From Octopus sinensis (taxonomy: Eukaryota): DNA of 64,000 nucleotides. The notes under the pieces were generated by a model. That model searched no databases and was not told the origin of the DNA. It was given only the letters and a program-made list of their open reading frames with translations. Of the stretch, positions 49,764 through 63,470 are shown piece after piece. Where the stretch lies: contig NC_043016.1 in the NCBI RefSeq assembly GCF_006345805.1, positions 12,400,001 through 12,464,000 on the forward strand, given 5' to 3'. Both the position numbers and the translations under genes were made by a program. Position 1 is the first letter of the stretch. Each line of letters starts with the position of its first letter.

Positions 49764-51963
49764 TTGGAATATAAAATACCAGTCATGTAACGGGGCTGAT
49801 ACAATTATTAAGCCCCTTTGTTCAAAATTGCTGGCCTTGTGCCTATATTAGAGAGTTCAATGGATTTCTGAAACAACTTAGAAGTAAATGGGTGGAACCA
49901 CTCATCATGATTGTGAGTAGGGAAGGACTCAATCTGCTGCTTCCTGCTTCTTGATGATAGGAAGATCAACCAGTTGTAGAAACCATCCCCAAGCTGAGTT
50001 TGGAGCTTAGTGCAGCCCTTCAACCACTAGCATAGCTAGAGGGGGTGGGAAGAAGGGGGTGGTCCACCCCCACCCCCACCCCGGGAAGCATTTTTGGTCT
50101 GCTGTAGGCAATATGTAATTTTTTGGGAGGCTGGGGGTGGTAAACTGAAAGGCTTCCCTGGGCAGCACAAACTCTAGCTACGCTAGTGCCTGCAGCTCCA
50201 TGCATCTTGTCAAACCATCCAAACCATGCCAGCAAGGAAAATGGATGCTAAATGATGATGATGATGATGATAACATACAAGATGGATGGACAGAGCTGTT
50301 AGAATGTCAGAAAAACATATGCCTTGTGGCATATGTTCCAGTTCTGTACATTCTGAGTTAAATTTCTGCCAAGAAAAATTGTGCCTTTCATCTCTCTGGG
50401 GCTGATGAAATGAAATACCAGTGAAAAACTGGGATGAAAAGTGATGACGCTGACACTTAGATTCAAAACAATTATTATTATTGTTGCTGTTGTTGTCTTG
50501 CTAGAGAGGAGGTACATGGCTGACCCTTATATACTGAGGTGGGTGGGAGGAGTTGAGAAGCAGATAAATGGAAGATAGTGATGGGAGTGCCTGAGCAAAT
50601 TTTCAAGTTACAAGAAGGTGGGCATAAATGGATCATTGGAGGGGAAGGAAGAGTGGCTGCTCTCCTAGAGTGTGAGGGAGAGTAACAGATGGTGAAAGAT
50701 GGAGGTGGAGGTGAATGCAGTGAGTAATAAACAAAAGAGGCTGTGTGGAGAGGGTGAGGTGAGAGACATTGGAGTGGTTCAGAGAGGAGGACAGATCAGA
50801 AAGTATCCGAATGATGTGCAAGGAGCAGGAGTGGTTGAGAAGGAGATATAGAGGTATATAAGGGAGCTATAGTAAGTGGGGGGCGGGGTAGAAATGAGAA
50901 GGCAGAAAAGGGAGAAGGGGTTTAGAATAGAGTATAGCAAAGGAGAGAGATCAGTGGTTGAAGGCATGAAAAAGAGGTGATTGGTGGAAAAAACGTGGGC
51001 AGGGATACTGATGAGAAATAGAAGTGGTTCCAGGAAGGGAAGAGGGATGAAAGTAGATAGAAGGTAGGGGATGAAATATGGACCAATTCAGCTCTTAGAT
51101 GATTACTACAGCTGAGTAGTACCGTTTATAGGGAAGTCACAGGAATTAGGGGATAAGGATAGGGGAAGGGAAAGCTTGATGGAGAGGAGGGTTTGCATGT
51201 ACAAGAATACCAAGTGGTTTTAGGATACCAGTTTTGCTGTAACAGACAGGTCTCCTCAAGTAGAACAGATCGCTAATCATCTCGGTCCTCTGTCATTTCC
51301 TTATCATCATTTTAAGAATTTGAGGAGTTCTTTACTAATCTAAACAAAATTGTTAGCCTGGTGTTTTTATTCTTTTTATTCTTTTATTTGTTTCAGTCAT
51401 TTGACTGTGGCCATGCTGGAGCACCGTCTTTAGTCAAACAAATCAACTCTAGGACTTATTCTTTGTAAGCCTAGTACTTATTCTATCGGTCACTTTTGCC
51501 AACCCACTAAGTGATGGGAACGTAAACACACCAGCATCGGTTGTCAAGCGATCTTGGGGGGACATATACATTTATACAACGGGATTCTTTCAGTTTCCGT
51601 CTACCAAATCCACTCACAAGGTTTTGGTCGGCCTGAGGCTATAGTAGAAGACGCTTGCCCAAGGTGCCACGCAGTGGGACTGAACCCGGAACCATGTGGT
51701 TGGTAAGCAAGCTACTTACCACACAGCACTTCTGCGGTGTATTAAAGGAGATCTTATAAAGTATTTTGCATGGTTTGATAATCCCTTACTAGGACTGAGA
51801 GAGGGAGAGAGAGAGAGAGAGAGTTAACATAAAAAGTATAGAATGAGTGTGCATACTAGACTTGGTAGCAAGCAATGAGTTAATGAATGCTGTGTGTGTG
51901 CACATGCACACACACACACACACACACATGCATGTATGTACATACATATATTTATACACATAC

Positions 51964-52115
51964 CTCCTCCTGAAGCCTGCTGTCTAGTTTTTCTTTAAAT
52001 TCTTCATATACAACTTTTTCTTGTTTTACATCGAATCGACATCTTTCTGAGTTCTGTTTTGCAATCATTATTTCTTGATTCAATTTGTAAATATCCTTAG
52101 CCATTTCTTCTTGGC
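51964..52115 (-). CDS. Coiled-coil gene exon (QEEMAKDIYKLNQEIMIAKQNSERCRFDVKQEKVVYEEFKEKLDSRLQEE)
   Basis: tctctgcAG/GTatgt, 152 nt, phase 1-0; ORF 51952..52152. Confidence 0.87.
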
Positions 52116-52707
52116 CTGCAGAGACAACAACAACAAAAAAAGTTACAGTCAATATCTCTATTTAATAAAAGCCAATATAAATATTGTTTGGCTTGTTGAT
52201 TCCTGCAGTCAAGTTTCTACACTGTATAGGGAGAAAGAGAAAGAATGAGAGAGAGAGAGAGAGAGCAAAAGAGAAAAAGAGAGAGAGAATTAACATAAGA
52301 ACTATGGAATGAGTGTGCATACTAGTCTTGGTAGCAGGCAATGAGTTAAGAAATGTTGTGTATGTGCAAGCATGCACACATGCGCGTGCGTGCAAGCACA
52401 CACACACACTGAGAAAGAGAATCCCAGAGACAGAGGAGGTGAAGGAATCATCACTACCATTTAATGTCTGTTGTCCATGCTGGCATGGATTCTACAGCTG
52501 GATGCCTTTCCTAAAACATCAACTACTTTACAGAGTATGCTGGGTGCTTTCACATGGCACCAACACAGGACTGTTGCAGGACAATTCTCTTCATCAAAGA
52601 AAGCGGCCTTAACACTTCTGCCTAGGAGTTTGAGTCTTCTTGAGCACAACAAGGCGCCGGCATCTCAGTCCTTTGTCATCTCACCTGAAAAGTTAAGCGT
52701 TCTGGAA

Positions 52708-52740
<33 letters not shown>

Positions 52741-53800
52741 CATACACACACATATATATAGTAATTGAAGTATTATATCCATTACAGCCGATCTTACCAA
52801 TTGGTTTCACACTAGCAATTCAATGGTGTGTTTGGTAACAGTCCGATTATGTAATCCTGCACTCATCAGAGGTAGCCATTATATATATGTATATAAATGA
52901 ATGGATTTATTCCTATTTTTACAATAAGGCACCTACTGTTCCAGAAAAGTGGATATCACTAGAATTCATTAGACGATAATTAATGTTGTTGTATTATACT
53001 GACCCTGAAAAGATGGCAGCCCAAGGTGGTCTTGGTGTGATCAGAAATCAGAATGTAAAGAAACATAACTGAAACCTACAAAAACATTTTGTCCTACATC
53101 CTGCTTATTCTATACCCTACTAACTTAAAAAGTTAATAACTATTTCTAAGATAAGGGCAGTAAGTGGGTAGAATTGCAAGCACGGTGGGGGAAATGCTTA
53201 GCAGCATTTTGTCCATCTTTATGTTCTGAGTTCCAGTTCTGTCAAAGTCAACTTTGCCTTTCATCCTTGGGGAATCAATAAAATAAGCACCAGTTGAGCA
53301 TTGAGGTGGATGCAATTTATTTACTCCCTCTGAAATTGCTGGCCTTGTACCACAGTTTGAAACCAATAAATATTTCTAAGACAGGTATCACAAGTCAGGG
53401 GAGAGGGTTGGTTGATTGAACGCTTTCAAGTACTTGACTGGTTCTTTACTTCATGGATCCCAGAAAGATGGAAAACAACATCATCATCATCATTTAATGT
53501 CGTCCTTCCATGCTGGCACGGGTTGGGCAGTTTGACAGGAGCTGGCTAGTTAGGAGCCCACACCAGACTTCTCTGTCTGTTTTAATATGGTTTTTACAGC
53601 TGGATGCCCTTCCAAATGCCAACCACTTTACGGTGTGGACTGGATGTTTTTTACATGGCACCTGCACTGGTGGGGGTCAACAAGTGACTTTACAAAACAA
53701 GTAGAATTTTAATTTGGGGCTCAAAAAAAACTGTAACTAATTATCAAAAAGTATTTCCAGCTGATTTAATTTATTTTCAATTTATTCCAAATTTACTTAC

Positions 53801-53844
53801 GTGCTTGTAGTTCCTCTTTTTTCCGGATAGTTTCAGCATGGAGC
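53801..53844 (-). CDS. Coiled-coil gene exon (LHAETIRKKEELQA)
   Basis: tttttcatcAG/GTaagt, 44 nt, phase 2-1, exactly bridges the neighbouring phases. Confidence 0.82.
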
Positions 53845-54087
53845 CTGATGAAAAACAGAGACACATAATCATATAGAACTGCTGATCATTTATTTACTTT
53901 CTTTTACTTGTTGCAGTCATTTGAGTGTGGCCATGATGGGGCACCACCTTGAATGGTTTTTAGTCACACAGATCGACCCCAGGACTTACTTTTTAAGCCT
54001 AGTACTTATTCTATCATCCTCTTTTGCTGAATTGCTAAGTTACAGGGATATAAAAACACCAACACAAATGCGCGCACACACACACGC

Positions 54088-54128
<41 letters not shown>

Positions 54129-54549
54129 CATTAACGTTTCATCCCCTTCTCCTCCTTTCCCCTTTTTCTCTTTCTCTCAACATCCAATTCCTTCCCTTAC
54201 ATGAAGGAACCTACCCAGTATTCATTCTATATCGAGTGAAAAAACGGTATGGATGATTTGTTTTGGAGTCTAATAATACCATGTATGCCTATGAAGATTT
54301 ACAAACATACTTTCCCAATGATACTCGATTTACCTACCATTATAAACAATACCAAATGTTTTTTCTCAAACCTTTTATGATGTGATACAAGTCTTTGGTG
54401 TAGCAATTGCATGCGGCTGAAGAAGGCTTTTGAACTATCTGTTATGTCGATTATGCATTGATGTAAGAATAAGTTGTTCTATAAAGCCCAAAACATATGT
54501 ACCGCAACATCCTTTGTGTCCTGTTTTTCATTTATTTCATTTGATACAT

Positions 54550-54951
54550 ACTCTTTTACTCTTTTACTTGTTTCAGTCATTTGACTGCGGCCATGCTGGA
54601 GCACCACCTTTAATCGAGCAACTCGACACCAGGACTTATTCTTTTGTAAGCCCAGTACTTATTCTATCGGTCTCTTTTGCCAAACCGCTAAGTAACGGGG
54701 ACATAAACACACCAGCATCGGTTGTCAAGCAATGCTAGGGGGACAAACACAGACACACAAACACACACACGCATATATATACATATACGACGGGCTTCTT
54801 TCAGTTTCTGTCTACCAAATCCACTCACAAGGCTTTGGTCGGCCCGAGGCTATAGTAGAAGACACTTGCCCAAGGTGCCACGCAGTGGGAATGAACCCGG
54901 AACCATGTGGTTGGTAAACAAGCTACTTACCACACAGCCACTCCTGCGCCT
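54550..54951 (-). mobile_element. SINE family A
   Basis: reverse complement of the 20437 copy; similar copies at ~33298-33660 (+), 34379-34770 (-), 43876-44222 (+), 51372-51735 (-), 61840-62082 (+, 3' truncated). Confidence 0.88.
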
Positions 54952-55325
54952 ATATATATATATATATATAGGATGGGGTTCTTTCAGTTTCCATCTACCA
55001 AATCTACTCACAAGGCTTTAGTTGGCCTGAGGCTATAGTAGGAGTCACTTGCCCAATGTGTCTCACAGTGGGTCTGAACCCAGAACTATGTGGTTGGAAA
55101 GTAAGCTTCTTACCACACAGTCACTTATTTATTTATTTATGTGCAGATATAGCTATGAGGTGGAGAAGCTTGGTTCCCAACCATGTAGTTGAGGGTTCAG
55201 TCCCACTCTATTGCACCTTGGGCAAGTATCTTCTACTAAAGCCCTGATCTGACCAAAGCCTTGTGAGTGGATTTGGTAGATGTGAACTGGAAGAAGCCCA
55301 TTGTGTGTATATATATATGTATATA

Positions 55326-55364
<39 letters not shown>

Positions 55365-55416
55365 TCATCATCATCATTTAATGCCTGTTTTCTGTGCTGG
55401 CATGGGTTGTACTATA

Positions 55417-56104
55417 AGGTGTGGCTGTGTGGTAAGAAGCTTGCTTACCAACCACATGGTTCTGGGCTCAGTTCCACTGCATGGCATCTCGGCTAAGTGT
55501 CTTCCACTACAGCCTCGGGCTGACCAAAGCCTTGTGAGTGGATTTTGTAGACAGAAACTGAAAGAAGCCTATTGTATGTATATATGTTTGTGTTTGTCCT
55601 CCTACCATTGCTTGACAACTGAATTTGGTGTGTTTACGTCCCCGTAACTTAGCGGTTCAGCAAAAGTGATCGATAGAATAAGTACTAGGCTTACACATGG
55701 TGATTTAAACAGCATGATTATATTGGGAATAATCAGTAAGCCTTCATTTATAAATGCCAGAACAACATTACTATGGCTTCTGGAAAATGAAATATCATTG
55801 TCACTTCCAACACAGATCTGGTTTTTTCAATTTCTCAAACTGATATATGGTTAGTATCACTTTCTTTACTACGTATGGAACCTTAGAATCCTTGTGAAAG
55901 AGGAAGTGGATTCTGCAGAAATCATTCTTATAAAATATATGAGATTCTGCACGAAGTCACATTACAATTGTTGAAAACTATAAAGGAAAATTATCTGAAA
56001 AATAGAATAAATAACACAAAAGTTCTGGGGTTGATTTGTTTGACTAAAGGCAGTGCTCCAGCATGGCTGCAGTCAAATGACTGAAACAAAAAAATAAAAG
56101 AATA
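55417..56104 (+). mobile_element. SINE family A split by a 311-bp inverted duplication
   Basis: SINE stops at gtactaggcttaca (~55695) and resumes at aagttctggggttgatttg (~56020). Confidence 0.8.
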
Positions 56105-57625
56105 TATTCGATTAATTAGAGAGGGACAGAAAATAGAAAATATGAGAATGTTTATCGATCGCTACAATTATTTTGACCTATCTAGCATTGATCCCTCACA
56201 GTAAGGATACTTAATAACTGGTTTAGGTGTATCTGTCGATGTAGATGTGTCTCTTCAGATGATTGAAAGATGTATCTCATTAAAATAACGTCTGTTCCAC
56301 AAGTTTTCTTCACAGTATGTGTATACAAAAGCAACAAATTAAGGGACAGAGCTTCATTATTATAGAAGATTAATAATAAATATAAGAAGCAGAAAGAAAC
56401 AAATATACAATACAGCGAAAAAAGTATTAAATGTAACTGTTAGCAGATATGGATGTATAATGCCCTCGCTTAGGTTGTATGGCACATGTACACTTGCTCA
56501 TACAAACTTACATCAAGATATAAGCATGCGCATATGGTTAGAAAAAGTCAAAGGCTATGAACCAACCTCTCCTTCACCAAGGTACTTTTTCACTAGAGCT
56601 CATAAATATTTTCTTTATTAATATATCAGAGAAGCAGGAAGCTACTTACAGTTTCTCAGTTTCAAGTTCATTTTTCAGGACAGCATTTTGTTCTTTGATT
56701 GTACTGTAATCAATCATCTGAGGAAGAATAATGATTATTCATTATAGATCATTCATTATTGATTATTCATTACAGATTATTCCTTGTAGGAACATGAGCA
56801 AAGAATGATAATTTAAAATAATAATTTTCAAGGATTTTATTATGAAGATTGGTGTGTAGAAAGATCTAAGCAGTATTATAGGATCACAAGCAATTCATTG
56901 GAGGTCCCTATGTAACATAACCATTGCACACATAGGCATTTGGTCTCATGTTCTAACAATTTTACCAGTCTACAGCTCTGGACTGACAATGTATTTTATT
57001 AAATGTAAAAGGATGAAAAACTAAGCTGACCTAGGTGGGATTTGAACTCAGAGCACAGAGATATGAAACAAGCACCATACACAGCAATGCATTTTGCCTG
57101 ATGCTGTAATAACTTCAATTTGGATTTGTGAATGTCGGTAGTTGATGGGAAAAATATTGGCAAAGAAGGAGTTACAAAGATCTACAGTTCTAGTAAGAAA
57201 TTATTGAGTGTAATTAGTACCAAGTGAAACCAAACATTGCAAATTAGGTTTTTGTAATTTAGTCTCTGATCATTTATATATTTATTTTACATTTTTTTTT
57301 TGTTTTTATTTTTTTTTTTCAGATAATTTTCCTTTATAGTTTTCAACAATTGTAATGTGACTTCATGCAGAATCTCATATATTTTATAAGAATGATTTCT
57401 GCAGAATCCACTTCCTCTTTCACAAGGATTCTAAGGTTTCATACGTAGTAAAGAAAGTGATACTAACCATATATCAGTTTGAGAAATTGAAAAAACCAGA
57501 TTTGTGTTGGAAGTGACAATGATATTTCATTTTCCAGAAGCCATAGTAATGTTGTTCTGGCATTTATTAATGAAGGTTTACTGATTATTCCCAATATAAT
57601 CATGCTGTTTAAATCACCATGTGTA
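55692..57625. repeat. 311-bp inverted duplication (55692-56002 / 57315-57625)
   Basis: arms read as reverse complements with only a few substitutions. Confidence 0.93.
56650..56717 (-). CDS. Coiled-coil gene exon (MIDYSTIKEQNAVLKNELETEKL)
   Basis: cttcctcAG/GTaagt, 68 nt, phase 0-2. Confidence 0.82.
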
Positions 57626-58479
57626 TGTCTGAGGGATTCTGCAAACTACATGTCCAACAATCACTTTGGATATAATTACAATTATCTCAGTTGTTCATTA
57701 TTATAAATTATCATTATTAACTTTTTCAATCTTGCAGCTAATATATCACTGATATTTCAATGAACACTTGCATTAATAGCCTCTTATTTTGACTGATAAT
57801 CTGTGTATTTTGTTAAATTTATGAAACAATATTAGGCTTCCACATCTGCAAAATCATTCTATGATGAATGGATAACTTTATTTTTTTCCTTGGGACTGTA
57901 TTTAAGTCAATGACAATTACAATTAACGATGAAGAGAACAATGACAACAATGATACTGGTAACAACAGACAATCACAATGCCTTCGGTATGTATGCGTGT
58001 GTATATAAACAAGTTTTTAAGCAACCACATTTTTGTGTGCACTTTCTAAGCTTTGAAACCAAGCATTTCTAATAATAATCAATGTTATGACACAGAAGTC
58101 AAAGTTTAAAGTTAAAATCAGTTAAAAATATGTTGGTTATGGCAACAGATAGTTGTGAGGATGATATAAATTTTTGAATAAGAAAAACGATGGGGAAAAC
58201 TAAAGATCAACATGATGGGAGAAAGAACAATTTTAGTTCCAATGACAGTGATGATAATACCCAGGAGCCTGAATCAGCCAATATATGACAATGTTGATTG
58301 TTATTCTAATCTTCATTACTGGTAAGAAATTTAAGTTTAAATTTATATTTATATTAAATCTAAAAGAGAAAAACAGATTTTTTTTTTGATAAAAAAACAA
58401 CTAAGAACACTTTTAAGATAATAAGGAAGTAATAACACAAGAGAAAATTTACAAACTAAAATAGAACTTAGTGACATAC

Positions 58480-58557
58480 ATCACGAAGTTTTGCATTCAA
58501 GAAATCGTTATGTTTGGTTGCTGTTATTTCTTTGTGCCGAGCCTCTTGAATTGCAGT
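58480..58557 (-). CDS. Coiled-coil gene exon (TAIQEARHKEITATKHNDFLNAKLRD)
   Basis: tttttttctctaatttAG/GTatgt, 78 nt, phase 0-0. Confidence 0.78.
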
Positions 58558-59619
58558 CTAAATTAGAGAAAAAAATATGAAAAATGAAAAAAAAGTGATT
58601 ATGAATTGTACAATATGTCATCAAAAAGTGAAACAGTGTGTTGGAAATGATGGGTGTTTCAGTATAAATTAATATGTTTTAAGTTACCTGAATGTTTAAT
58701 TTAGGAAAATATTAATTAACAGTTTTGATAAAGCAAACAGAAAAAATAAATACAAAAAAAAAAGGGAAAACAGTGTGGTATTTTAGAGTTCCATATATAA
58801 TGGAAATGACACAGAATGGCTAAATGGTTAAGAAGTTTATTTCCCAGTCATGAGCACTTGAATTTGATTCTACTGTATGGCTTCTTTGGGCAAGAATTTT
58901 TCAAAAATGCCTCGCATCAACCCAAAACCTGCAAGTGAAATTGGATAGATGGAAATTGTGTGGAAGCTTGTCACAATGTCATGCTGATTCCACCAAGAAT
59001 AATGATAATTCTGAGGAATATTCAGCCACTTACATGTTAATTCAATGAACAGGTAATTCAGTTGATTGAACAACTGAAATAATCAACATCAAAACTGATG
59101 AAGATCCTTCTATTACAAAGGAGAAATACCAAATTTTTTTTTGTTTGGTTTCCCTTTTTAGTTTCTTCAACATTTTTTCCAATTGATTTCATATTTGGTG
59201 TATTGGTGTAGGTTTGCATGATAATCACTGACATGAAATTCATTTTCGCCATAAATCAATAAATAAAGAGTTAACAGCTTTTAAAGTTTGCGAATTTTGG
59301 GTAATTTTAGCTAATTGAAAACCACAGATATATAGGTGCCTGTTTCCATAGTAACAAGCCAAACTGTTATCAAGCTGCTTACCCATGTGGTCATTTTTCA
59401 CTTATTAAATGCTTAAAACACATGAGGTCAGAAGGAGGTGGTTGTAAAAGTAATACCTAAATAGGCCTTAAATCATGCACCAATATTTTTTTTTGGTTGG
59501 TGGGTGTTGCATAATTGTTTGAGTTCCCATATGTAAAATACAAATTCGCAAAAATTTTCTGAAAATTCCCCAAAATACAGGAGTTATTCCCCAAAATACA
59601 GCATGCATAAAGCAAGTTA

Positions 59620-60335
59620 TCTTGCAGGAATTCCCAGCTGCCTCTATGTCACAGAACTGCAGCTCCTCCTCCCTATCGTCTAATTTCTTGGTAAGGGTAT
59701 CCCTAAACCTCTGACCATGTGAAGGGCTCCTAAGCTTCCAAGTCCTTCTTTTCCAGATTGGTCTGGTTTTTGGTATCCTTCTGACCGCAAGTCTAAAGTC
59801 ATTAATTACTAGTCTATGCTGAGGGGTACACTCTTCACGAAGGAGGGTCTTTGTATATAAGAGCAACCATGCATCCTACTGTCTGGTGAGAATGAAATCA
59901 ATCTGACTAGTGGAGTCACCTGATCGATAGGCTATCAGGTGACTAGCTGGCTTCCTGAAGTTGGTGCTGCAGATCAATAGATTATTTGCAGTGCAGAACT
60001 CCAGGAGCCTAGTTTTCTCTTCATTTCTGGTACCAACTCCATGGCTCTCATGTACACCATGGAAGATACCAGGTTGCTGTCTGACATGCCCATTAAAATC
60101 TCCAGTCACAAAGATGAGATCATTGTCACTCGTCTTTGAGGTAGCCTGTTGAAGAATATCATAAAAGTGATCGTTCTGTTCTTTTGGTAGGCCCGCTTGT
60201 TGGGCGTAGGCAGAGATAATTGTAGCTATACCATTCTAGACTAGCCTGAGTTTAAGTACTCTATTGCACACCCTCACCACCTCTATGATCTTATCCACCC
60301 ATTTCTCTGCAAGAAGTATGCCCACACCCTGTATT
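59620..60335 (-). mobile_element. LINE AP-endonuclease domain fragment
   Basis: IISAYAQQAG-like codons near 60210, GDFNGHV, RLLEFCTANNL, SQIDFILTR motifs. Confidence 0.88.
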
Positions 60336-60488
60336 CCATCACTATTACCTTCCCAGAATATATCCCAAAAGGATTAGAGCCATTAGCGTCTGAGTTGTCC
60401 ATGGGGTTAAGCACTTTATGGATGTGAAACCACTGGTAACTCTATGACCAGACATATACTTAACTGAATATATACATACACACATAAT

Positions 60489-60542
<54 letters not shown>

Positions 60543-60865
60543 CACATATGTATATAAATACATACACACACATACACACACACACAGAGTTTTAGTCTAC
60601 CTAATCCATTCACAAAGCTTTGGTTGACCTGGGTCTATAGTAGGAGATATATATCCAAGGTGCATTGTAGTGGGACTGAACTCAAAACCAAGTGGTTAGG
60701 AAGTAAACTTCAAAACCATACAGCCATGCCTGAATATTAAAATTGATCCATAAACTTAATTTTAACATAGAAGCAAGAGGGAAGAGGAAAATCGACTTTA
60801 TGAGAAATTAAGCTTAAATTAATTACAATTATATCCACTTTTTTTGTTTCGTTTTTATAACATAC

Positions 60866-60957
60866 CTCCAACTCATTAACCCTGTTGTATTTTCTGTCAT
60901 TATCTTCCTTCAGTAATTGAAACTTTTCTCTTTCTTCTTTGCTCCTTAATTCATGCA
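60866..60957 (-). CDS. Uncharacterised coiled-coil protein, first exon supported in the window (HELRSKEEREKFQLLKEDNDRKYNRVNELE)
   Basis: minus-strand polypyrimidine tract and gacAG, GTatgt donor; phase 1-0; inside ORF 60737..61030. Confidence 0.8.
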
Positions 60958-62005
60958 CTGTCAACAAAAGCAGAAAGAGAGAAAGAGAGAGAGAGGTGAT
61001 GTGAAATAACAGAAATAACAGCCAAGTCAAATCATACCTTACTGCTTTAACCTTTTAACGTTCAGATTATTCTGTCAAATCTAATGCTTATTTATTCACA
61101 TTGTTTTGAATTAATCATACATTGTCTTGTAGCTTTGATATTTTTGATGAAGTAATTGTTAATTTTTAGAATGATATTGTAGGGTAGGTGTTACATGTTG
61201 GATCTGGCCAGTTTGAAAATTAAAAAGAGAGAATATTCCAACCGGATATGCCAGTTTAAATGCTGAAGGGTTAAAAAAAGTTATGATCTCATTGGATAAT
61301 ATGATTCTTATAAACTGTGTCTGATAAAAAAAAATTGTTGTTGGTGGTGGTGGTGGTGGTGGTGGTGGTGGAAGCAGTATTATTTCAAAGTAGCATTCTG
61401 CATATCTTACTTAACATGAAGAAAGCCACAAAGCTAATGTGTTTGTCTCAAGAAAGCCTCTTGTATAGATATATCATGCTAAAAAGCATTGAAGTGTTTT
61501 GGTAGCAGACACAAAGCATCCAGCACTGGCAGCAGAACTGCTAAATCTAGATTTCTGTATATTTCTGCATGCTTAGACAAATCTAGCCTCTACTGATATA
61601 GAAAAACAGTGATCAAACAAAACAGTGGTGTTGTGATTAGCTGGCAGGCTGGGTAAAAATTCATTATTAGCGACGGAAGTAATATTGGTTCAGAACAGCA
61701 TTCTGTTTATCTTACTTAATGTGGATATGCTGTAGAAAGTTACAAAACTGTGGTACTCATCTCTAGAGAGACTCTCAGTATGGCCATGTCTAGAATGCCT
61801 TTTATTATAGCTTTCTTCTTTTAGGAATGACAACAATATAGGCACAGGAGTGGCTGTGTGGTAAGTAGCTTGCTTACCAACCACATGGCTCCGGGTTCAG
61901 TCCCACTGCGTGGCACCTTGGGCAAGTGTCTTCTGCTATAGCCTTGAGCCGACCAAAGCCTTGTGAGTGGATTTGGTAGACGGAAACTGAAAGAAGCCTG
62001 TCGTA

Positions 62006-62045
<40 letters not shown>

Positions 62046-63285
62046 TGTGTGTGTCTGTGTTTGTCCCCCCAACATCGCTTGAAATATATGCTATAACTAT
62101 TAATTAAATTTGTGTCTAAAAAAGATATTAATACTGTACTATTAATTAAAGATACATGTAATAATTCAGTTTTGGTTTTCAGTTTTAGTGACTCCATTTA
62201 CATTGCATTGACAATGAAGGAAACATGAAGATAACACACTCTCATTTTGAACTACTTTATAAATCTTGGTAGTTGAAATGGGGGAAGGGAAACGGTCAAC
62301 TGTATTAACCCTTTGCCCAAACTGTGTCTCACATGTAACACACAGTGTATCCTTCTCTGGGTATTCATGCATCATATATGATACACATTCCCAAATTTTT
62401 TTCAATTGTAACAAGTATATGTAGACTGTAGCAAGAAATGCAGATGGCAGTTTTATATAAAGGCAACGATAAATATCAGAAAGCAAATGAGTTGTGTTTG
62501 TGTTCAAATGAAATACAATTTTTATTAGTTTCAAAATAATGCTCAACAAATGTAAATTACAAGAGAAATTAAGGTGTGTGTGAAGCATGGCAGGAATACC
62601 ATTTGTAAGACATGAATAATTTCAGTTGCACTTACTACAATTTACAGGTTTTTCCAAATTGGAGCTGATATCAATTCCATGATACAATACAAAGACAAAT
62701 GTCATTATGCAGATACAAATCTTGCTGGAGAAGCCAATTTCAATAAACCGAGTAAAAAGATATAATAAACCTCATAGGTAGTTAAAGGAAACGAATGTTA
62801 AGTGAAGAACTGGGCACAAGAATTCAGAGTTGCTAAAGAGAACTTAGACCAGTAGACATAATGACTGGGAAAGCAAAACTGTAACTTCCCATGTTGTAGC
62901 TGAGGCTGGCAGAATGAGTATCTGGAAAGTATGGTGTTAACAGTTCAACACCTTCACAGCAACTAACTCAACTTTTAGTTTTTACACATGCCTCAGACTT
63001 GGGTGGAAGTTGTTGTTTGGATTTTCACAACACTAACCTTAACTGTTCAGCATCTGTCTCAAAACTCAACTAACTTGTGCTTCGGTAAAAAAAAATAAAT
63101 TTATCATGTCTTACTACACAACTAGCAGAATAACTTGGGACTTATGAAAAGAAAGCTTTATATTACTCAGAATGTATGAAATAAGGGCTAACAAAAAAAA
63201 AAAACTGAAAACAACCATGGCTGTTTAGGACAAATTTACAAAAGTGTTTTGGACAGGCAAAGGGTTAAATGTTTTACTCCATTAA

Positions 63286-63470
63286 CCCTTTCGTTACCAA
63301 CCTTGCTTTCATAAGTTTTGAATTAAAATCTTCCACCAAACCTTAGTCACAATTTATGTTCCTAACACTAGCTTAATGATAACAAAGTTATTTTACTAAA
63401 TTCTTTGTTATATTTAAAATTAATTGAGAGAAACACAGAGCAGCCCAAAATAAATACAGTAACGAAAGGG
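63286..63470. mobile_element. piggyBac-like MITE family 2
   Basis: TTAA|CCCTTTCGTTAC...GTAACGAAAGGG|TTAA, perfect 12-bp TIR. Confidence 0.85.

Noticed and set aside
50520-51200. Purine-rich tract, with a pyrimidine-rich tract at ~47230-47640
   Set aside because: Only compositional skew; no alignable homology or periodicity that I could establish.
51300-51345. Minus-strand tttAG-ISKELLKFLK*** as an alternative terminal exon
   Set aside because: Short, with a weak pyrimidine tract; expected by chance in AT-rich DNA.
59095-59132. CTGATGA-hairpin-GAAA
   Set aside because: Three extra nucleotides precede stem II, and no U16.1-H17 or stem I is present.
61716-61830. Possible upstream exon of the minus-strand gene ending TTAA|gtaag (phase 1 fits exon 60957)
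   Set aside because: Acceptor is ambiguous and the peptide is not coiled-coil-like; it cannot be supported without transcripts.
103-62588. Most ORFs in the supplied track
   Set aside because: They translate SINE, LINE-UTR or microsatellite sequence (recurrent LQLDALPNANH, IYIYIY, HTHT peptides) or read through introns; they are not genes.
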